Part shown: positions 43,167 through 47,359 of the stretch, one piece after another | How positions within the stretch are numbered: position 1 is the stretch's first letter | Layout: the number at the start of each line of letters is the position of its first letter | From: Candidatus Woesearchaeota archaeon | GTDB lineage: Archaea; Nanobdellota; Nanobdellia; SCGC-AAA011-G17; DATDVL01 | Length of the DNA stretch: 47,359 nucleotides | NCBI GenBank assembly: GCA_964365915.1 | Contig: CAYIRJ010000004.1 | Span: forward strand, 1 to 47,359 | Direction of reading: 5' to 3' | Made by a program: the position numbers and the translations under genes | The notes under the pieces: model-generated | The model's database searches: none | The model's input: only the letters and a program-made list of their open reading frames with translations | What the model was told of the DNA's origin: nothing

Positions 43167-43296
43167 GGTATCACCTCTGGACTAAAAGGCAGGAAAAGAG
43201 TATATAAATGTTATTCTTGATCTGGGCTAAGGCATCGAGAATTGAATTCCTTCATCCTCTTTCTGCTTGAAGCGCGACCTTCTTCAACGCTTTTTC

Positions 43297-43458
43297 TTAA
43301 TGATCAGCTTGTTCTTTACTTAACATTCCTGCAAATTTTAGAATACTTCCTTTATTTGTAATCCTCTTAATAACACCACTAAAGCTTTCATTTTCTCTTT
43401 TCTTGCTTGCAAGACGTTTGTATGCTTCTTCTGTGATCTTTATTTTTTTGGTAGCCAT
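43297..43458 (-). CDS. 53-aa COG1753/DUF217-type putative antitoxin (absent from the ORF track)
   Basis: MATKKIKITEEAYKRLASKKRENESFSGVIKRITNKGSILKFAGMLSKEQADH matches the archaeal VapB-like K-I-x-I-x-E-E-x-Y..L...K...ESFS.VI.R pattern. Confidence 0.6.
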   Translation of the reverse strand: MATKKIKITEEAYKRLASKKRENESFSGVIKRITNKGSILKFAGMLSKEQADH

Positions 43459-43486
43459 GCTTATTTTCTTATTCGTAAAATTTTAT

Positions 43487-45355
43487 CTATTCTAATGGCA
43501 CTTGGCTCCAGAGCGTCCAGTCCTTGGAGGGGGCGAAATCTCCTACAATATAGCTGGGAGCCTGCGTTCTGCCGAAGTAACTGCCCTGAATATCTGTCCA
43601 TGCGCGTGACGTAGTATCTGTCCTGTAAATAGGAGAGGCATTCATTCCTAGGGCGCTTGTCCAGGGGGTATGGAACTGCCCTTGCTTTTGCCCACCTGGC
43701 TCTGCAATGATTTTTCCTTTATAGCCTGCTTTTTCTAGTTCCTTCAAAAATTCCTTAATCGGAGCATTGCCTTCTCCTGGACGGAGATGCTCGTCATGAA
43801 AACCAAAATTATCTGAAATATGCACATTGCCAAGAATGCCTTCTTCAAAAAGGGTTTTGACATTCTGCACTGCCCACTTTTTGAAATCCTCATCACTGCC
43901 TTCATAGTACTTCTTCCAAAAATTAAGATGGCCAATGTCAAACGTGCCTTTGATATGGTCATTTGCAATGCGCTTGGCATCTTCTGGATCTACTTCTTTC
44001 TTGATGAGCTCTTTCTCCATCTCCTTGCGCGCATCCACAATGAGCTCTTTCATTTCTTTGGGATGCGATCCGTACAATTCCGGAGTCCAGTTTTCAGGAG
44101 CTATCCATAAGGGCTTATCTAAGTCCTGCTTCTTTTCTACTTCATATGCATACAATGCAGCCTGCGCAAGATTATGTGCAGACTGTTCTTTTCCGTATTC
44201 TTCTATAGGCACGGTGTTTTCCAAGCGCTTCTTTGCTTCATCAATGCGGGATTGCGCAGCAAGTGCAGTTTGCTGGCCTGATTCCATCACCTTTTTCAGC
44301 CTGTCTTGCTCCTTTCCCAAATATTGCATAGGATCCAAGACTTGTGCAGGAAGAAATGGCTGGTTCTGGAATTTGAATGACTCCTTTAATATTGCCCATT
44401 TTTTTTCTTTCTCCTCTTCAGAACGATCAGGATTCTCAAAGATCGCGTCCTTTAGTTGCTTAAATTTCACATATTCCTGATGAGTACGTTCATAGAGCTC
44501 TTTTGCTTGGTCATACTGCGCTTCATATTCTCGTGCTTGCCCCTCTGCCTGCCTGATCTGTACCGCATTCTGCTCCTTGTAAAATTCCTTTGCAATTTTT
44601 CCTTCGTCTACGATGCCTTTTTTCTTTTGAATTTCAACATACTCTTTCCAAGGAACTGGCTTCAGCTCGATATCTCCTGTTTCCGTATGCTTGAACTCCT
44701 TCAATCCTATGCCTTCTTCCTTCCAGATGATGTTTCCTTCGTTGTCGAGAGGGCGATAAATGACTTCATCATTGCGCACGGTTTGAATGACTTCTCCGGT
44801 TTTCTTGTCCACCAGATAATGGCGCGCAGTCTCTTCTTCTTTTTCATATTGCCTGAACTTTCCAGGAGCTTTTTCTCCGTACCATTCACCCTCATCCACA
44901 TTATAGATGGGGCGGGGAAACTCATGTGTGTGCACGACTACTGGGCCGCCTTCAGCAACGTCTGCTGCAAACTCAATCGCGCGCTTCACTTCGTGAATGC
45001 TCTGCTCTGCTGCTTCCTTGGAAAATGACCTTCCATCAAAACCTGAAAGCGCTCCTAAATCTGGAGCTGCGTGGGTAGATAATTCAACCTCATTGATCTT
45101 TGCAAGCTGGCGCATCTCCTCGCGCTCGTCCTTGCCGTAACTTTCCGGAGTGTGACCTGTGGGGTTGGAACGTGACCCTTTGCCGCGACCGAAGAATCCC
45201 AATTCCACAGTGGAGGCGCCTAGGAAAATGTCTGCCTTTAATCCTTCTGCGACGTCTCCAATGCCATGGGAAATGCCAATGTTCTTCAAGTCTAAACGTA
45301 AATCTTCGTCAAAGATCCTATCGTTCGCGTTGAAATACTCATCTTCAAATGCCAT
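43487..45355 (-). CDS. xylose-isomerase-like TIM-barrel protein (AP_endonuc_2 type) with a large internal charged insertion of a few hundred residues
   Basis: 622 aa. The N-terminal part is ..ELSTHAAP..AIEFAADVAEGGPVVVHTHEF. The C-terminal part is ..GTFDIGHLNFW..GNVHISDNFGFHDEHLRPGEGNAPIKEFLKELEKAGYKGKIIAEPG. The middle is Glu/Lys-rich and helical. Confidence 0.65.
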   Translation of the reverse strand: MAFEDEYFNANDRIFDEDLRLDLKNIGISHGIGDVAEGLKADIFLGASTVELGFFGRGKGSRSNPTGHTPESYGKDEREEMRQLAKINEVELSTHAAPDLGALSGFDGRSFSKEAAEQSIHEVKRAIEFAADVAEGGPVVVHTHEFPRPIYNVDEGEWYGEKAPGKFRQYEKEEETARHYLVDKKTGEVIQTVRNDEVIYRPLDNEGNIIWKEEGIGLKEFKHTETGDIELKPVPWKEYVEIQKKKGIVDEGKIAKEFYKEQNAVQIRQAEGQAREYEAQYDQAKELYERTHQEYVKFKQLKDAIFENPDRSEEEKEKKWAILKESFKFQNQPFLPAQVLDPMQYLGKEQDRLKKVMESGQQTALAAQSRIDEAKKRLENTVPIEEYGKEQSAHNLAQAALYAYEVEKKQDLDKPLWIAPENWTPELYGSHPKEMKELIVDARKEMEKELIKKEVDPEDAKRIANDHIKGTFDIGHLNFWKKYYEGSDEDFKKWAVQNVKTLFEEGILGNVHISDNFGFHDEHLRPGEGNAPIKEFLKELEKAGYKGKIIAEPGGQKQGQFHTPWTSALGMNASPIYRTDTTSRAWTDIQGSYFGRTQAPSYIVGDFAPSKDWTLWSQVPLE

Positions 45356-45363
45356 GCTTTACT

Positions 45364-45930
45364 TCAGATCCCCAATCTTTTATATTTTTCCGTTTTCTTC
45401 AGCTCGCGCTCTGCAGGACTTTTCGTAGCTTCTTCAAGCTGCTCTTGTGCAGTCTTTTCTGGCTTAAATGTTTCTGTAGGAGTGCCGCCAGGCTTCCATT
45501 CTGCTGGTTTATAACTTTCTTCTTTTCCATAGGCGGGACGTTCAGCTCCATACGTAATCACAGGAACAGGTTCCTCTTTCTTCACTGGAGTTTCTTCCAC
45601 TACAGTATCTAAGGTGGGAGTTTGCGCCTTGACTTCAGAAAAACGCCTTCTTTCCTCTCGCCCCCTTTCTTCTCGTGCTTCTGTTGATTCTGGCTGCAGG
45701 GCAAGTTCATCCACAGATTTTCCTAAAGATTTCCAGGGCTCTTGCTTTTTCTGCTTGATAGGATGCTCAAGATGGGGTGTAGGAGAAAAAGTTGCCAGCA
45801 GCTGCAGCATTTCCTGCTTGATTTTGGGATCCCCTACTGTGGATAATTCCTTCTCTATGGTAAGCCGCTGGTCTATAAGGGGGAGCTTCTTCAATGATTC
45901 CTTGAGCTTCATCCAGGAACGCTGATCCAT
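45364..45930 (-). CDS. hypothetical Lys/Glu/Pro-rich, probably disordered protein (188 aa)
   Basis: Long ORF between two co-oriented genes. No family recognised. Confidence 0.45.
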   Translation of the reverse strand: MDQRSWMKLKESLKKLPLIDQRLTIEKELSTVGDPKIKQEMLQLLATFSPTPHLEHPIKQKKQEPWKSLGKSVDELALQPESTEAREERGREERRRFSEVKAQTPTLDTVVEETPVKKEEPVPVITYGAERPAYGKEESYKPAEWKPGGTPTETFKPEKTAQEQLEEATKSPAERELKKTEKYKRLGI

Positions 45931-47359
45931 TAGGGAGTGTACATTTTATGCGCCTTCTTAAAGATATCATACAACAACAATGCTTCAGTTTTAGCGCTAT
46001 CGTTTGCTGCCTTTTTCTCAACAGCTAGTTCCTTCTTTGATACTACTCTTTCTTTTTCTTCCTTGTCTTCAGTTTTCCACTGGAAGGGAATTTTTCCTAT
46101 TTCTGCAAAGCCAGAAAGCAAGGCTTTGAATGGCTCGAAAAGAGAATTGGATTCCTTTTGCTTTTTTTCTTCAGCAATGGGATACAAGCCTTGCACATTC
46201 TCCAGCTTGTACAGCTCTACTGCTTCCTTCAGATATTTATCCAGGTCATCCTTCAATGCCTCGACTGTCTGGTCCACTGCAGCAAGCACTTCAAAAGTGT
46301 CATAGTCCTGTTGTTTTTTGTACATTTCCAAGTCTTCTTTCTTGGCAACAAATCCTTCGATAGTGATTTCTGTATGACCTGTATGAATAGCGCCGCGCTG
46401 GTATTCTTGCTGGTATGCCATCTGCGGAATCGTCACATGCTTGATGCGCGCCCTGATGACAGGAAAATACTTTGCAAAAAACCGTTCTTCCTTGTTGCCA
46501 TAGTACGTTTCTATTTCGTATCTCTTTCGGATGGCAATGACCTCCAGCTCAATCTTTGCAGTATCAAATGCAGTAGCAATATCATAGCTTGCGAGGTCTG
46601 CGCGCTGCTGCAGTTTTTTGATATTTTCCAAGTACGGCTTGAGCCACTGCGCATACATCTTGATGATATTGAATTCCTGGATCAGATACACCAGCACAAA
46701 CTTTCTGCGTTGACGTAATTCCCGCTCGGTATTGTCACGCCATAAGATGTACTGCTCCAGCTTTCTTTTCAGCACTTCCCTCACTTTCCTGTTGATGCCT
46801 TTGCTTTCATAGCCCTCTACAATTTTATCTACGCTTTCTCCTGACTTGACAAACGTATCGAAGAACAGATCAGGCAACGTAACAAATCCTACTTGGCTTG
46901 CCAATCCATAGACAGAAGAAGGATTCTTTCCTGCGCCTTCCACAATATCTACCCAGATGCCTTTTAACGCAATGTCTGCTGCTTTTTCTCCTTTCAGAAT
47001 GCCATCGTAAAATCCTAAACGCTCATCAAGAATGCGGAGCTCGCGAATGATCTGGAACAAGTCCTTGATGAATTTTCCGATGTTGGCAAGATATTGTCCT
47101 ACCCGATCCTGCTGGACTCCCTTGCGCTGCTCTACATTTCCCCAGTAAGAAGAAGTTTCTGCAGAGGTATAGACATCCTTGATCTTGATGATCTCTCCAT
47201 TTTCTCCGGAGAACTCCCTGCCAAACGCCCCTGCCTTTTCCAGATAGCGGATGATCCAGAAATAATAGCGCTCCACATTTGCAGTAGGAGCATTGATAGT
47301 AATGCGAAAAGGGCCTCCATCATCCACAGGCCTTTTGAAGCTTTCGGGAAGTTCCCAGC
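45930..47359 (-). CDS. large hypothetical protein, probably 5'-truncated by the window edge
   Basis: The ORF-track start at 47327 is a GTG. The frame stays open to nt 47359 (..WELPESFKRPVDDGGPF..). At least 465 aa. Overlaps the downstream gene by 1 nt. No family recognised. Confidence 0.6.
   Translation of the reverse strand, partial: WELPESFKRPVDDGGPFRITINAPTANVERYYFWIIRYLEKAGAFGREFSGENGEIIKIKDVYTSAETSSYWGNVEQRKGVQQDRVGQYLANIGKFIKDLFQIIRELRILDERLGFYDGILKGEKAADIALKGIWVDIVEGAGKNPSSVYGLASQVGFVTLPDLFFDTFVKSGESVDKIVEGYESKGINRKVREVLKRKLEQYILWRDNTERELRQRRKFVLVYLIQEFNIIKMYAQWLKPYLENIKKLQQRADLASYDIATAFDTAKIELEVIAIRKRYEIETYYGNKEERFFAKYFPVIRARIKHVTIPQMAYQQEYQRGAIHTGHTEITIEGFVAKKEDLEMYKKQQDYDTFEVLAAVDQTVEALKDDLDKYLKEAVELYKLENVQGLYPIAEEKKQKESNSLFEPFKALLSGFAEIGKIPFQWKTEDKEEKERVVSKKELAVEKKAANDSAKTEALLLYDIFKKAHKMYTP

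Noticed and set aside
43267-43295. Hairpin TTGAAG-N9-CTTCAA followed by T5, considered as a terminator or ncRNA.
   Set aside because: No plus-strand gene ends nearby, and on the minus strand no T-run follows it. A 6-bp stem alone is weak evidence.
42741-45028. Plus-strand ORFs 42741-43220, 43935-44480 and 44456-45028 (159-190 aa).
   Set aside because: They are antisense to the NTase and TIM-barrel genes and have low-complexity Phe/Leu/Ser-rich translations typical of the reverse frames of Lys/Glu-rich genes.
1-47359. CRISPR arrays, rRNA genes and C/D-box sRNAs.
   Set aside because: No regularly spaced direct repeats were seen. No rRNA-like conserved stretches were seen. RUGAUGA/CUGA box pairs were found only inside coding regions.

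Overview
Archaeal chromosome segment. It is probably from a small-genome, DPANN-like lineage; this is inferred from split rpoB and rpoA, BHB-intron tRNAs, TATA boxes about 25 nt upstream of start codons, extreme gene packing and many tiny orphan genes. The + strand backbone (469-25583) is the canonical archaeal cluster: tRNA-Asp, tRNA-Lys, rpoH, rpoB'', rpoB', rpoA', rpoA'', rpl30e, nusA, rps12, rps7, aEF-2, aEF-1alpha, rps10. All members are in the expected order, but the cluster is broken at four junctions and capped at its end by unrelated, mostly opposite-strand, AT-richer genes. (1) A bacterial-type sigma-70-like gene plus an orphan lies between nusA and rps12. (2) A 140-aa orphan lies between rps7 and EF-2. 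(3) Orphans plus a DUF431/Sfm1 SPOUT methyltransferase lie between EF-2 and EF-1alpha. (4) A roughly 6 kb glycosylation island lies between EF-1alpha and rps10. (5) An IS200-type element follows rps10. rpoA'' carries a 478-aa LAGLIDADG intein. The accessory half (26-47 kb) holds an unusual 120-nt intron-containing tRNA, a dph2 remnant and an AbrB-PhoU regulator. It also holds a membrane-anchored kinase-like protein, two paralogous nucleotidyltransferase proteins, rpl35ae and rpl10e, and a PEP-synthase-like protein with no phosphohistidine domain. A divergent pair of tightly coupled operons encodes 12 small envelope proteins: an SPFH protein, lipoproteins with single FG-GAP-type Ca-binding motifs, and a mini zinc ribbon. 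A final operon contains an insertion-bearing xylose-isomerase-like TIM barrel with two unknown partners. No CRISPR array and no rRNA gene were seen. The best candidates for undescribed biology are the sigma-like locus, the envelope locus at 36.3-42.4 kb, the glyco island with a DUF115-cytidylyltransferase fusion, and the odd tRNA.
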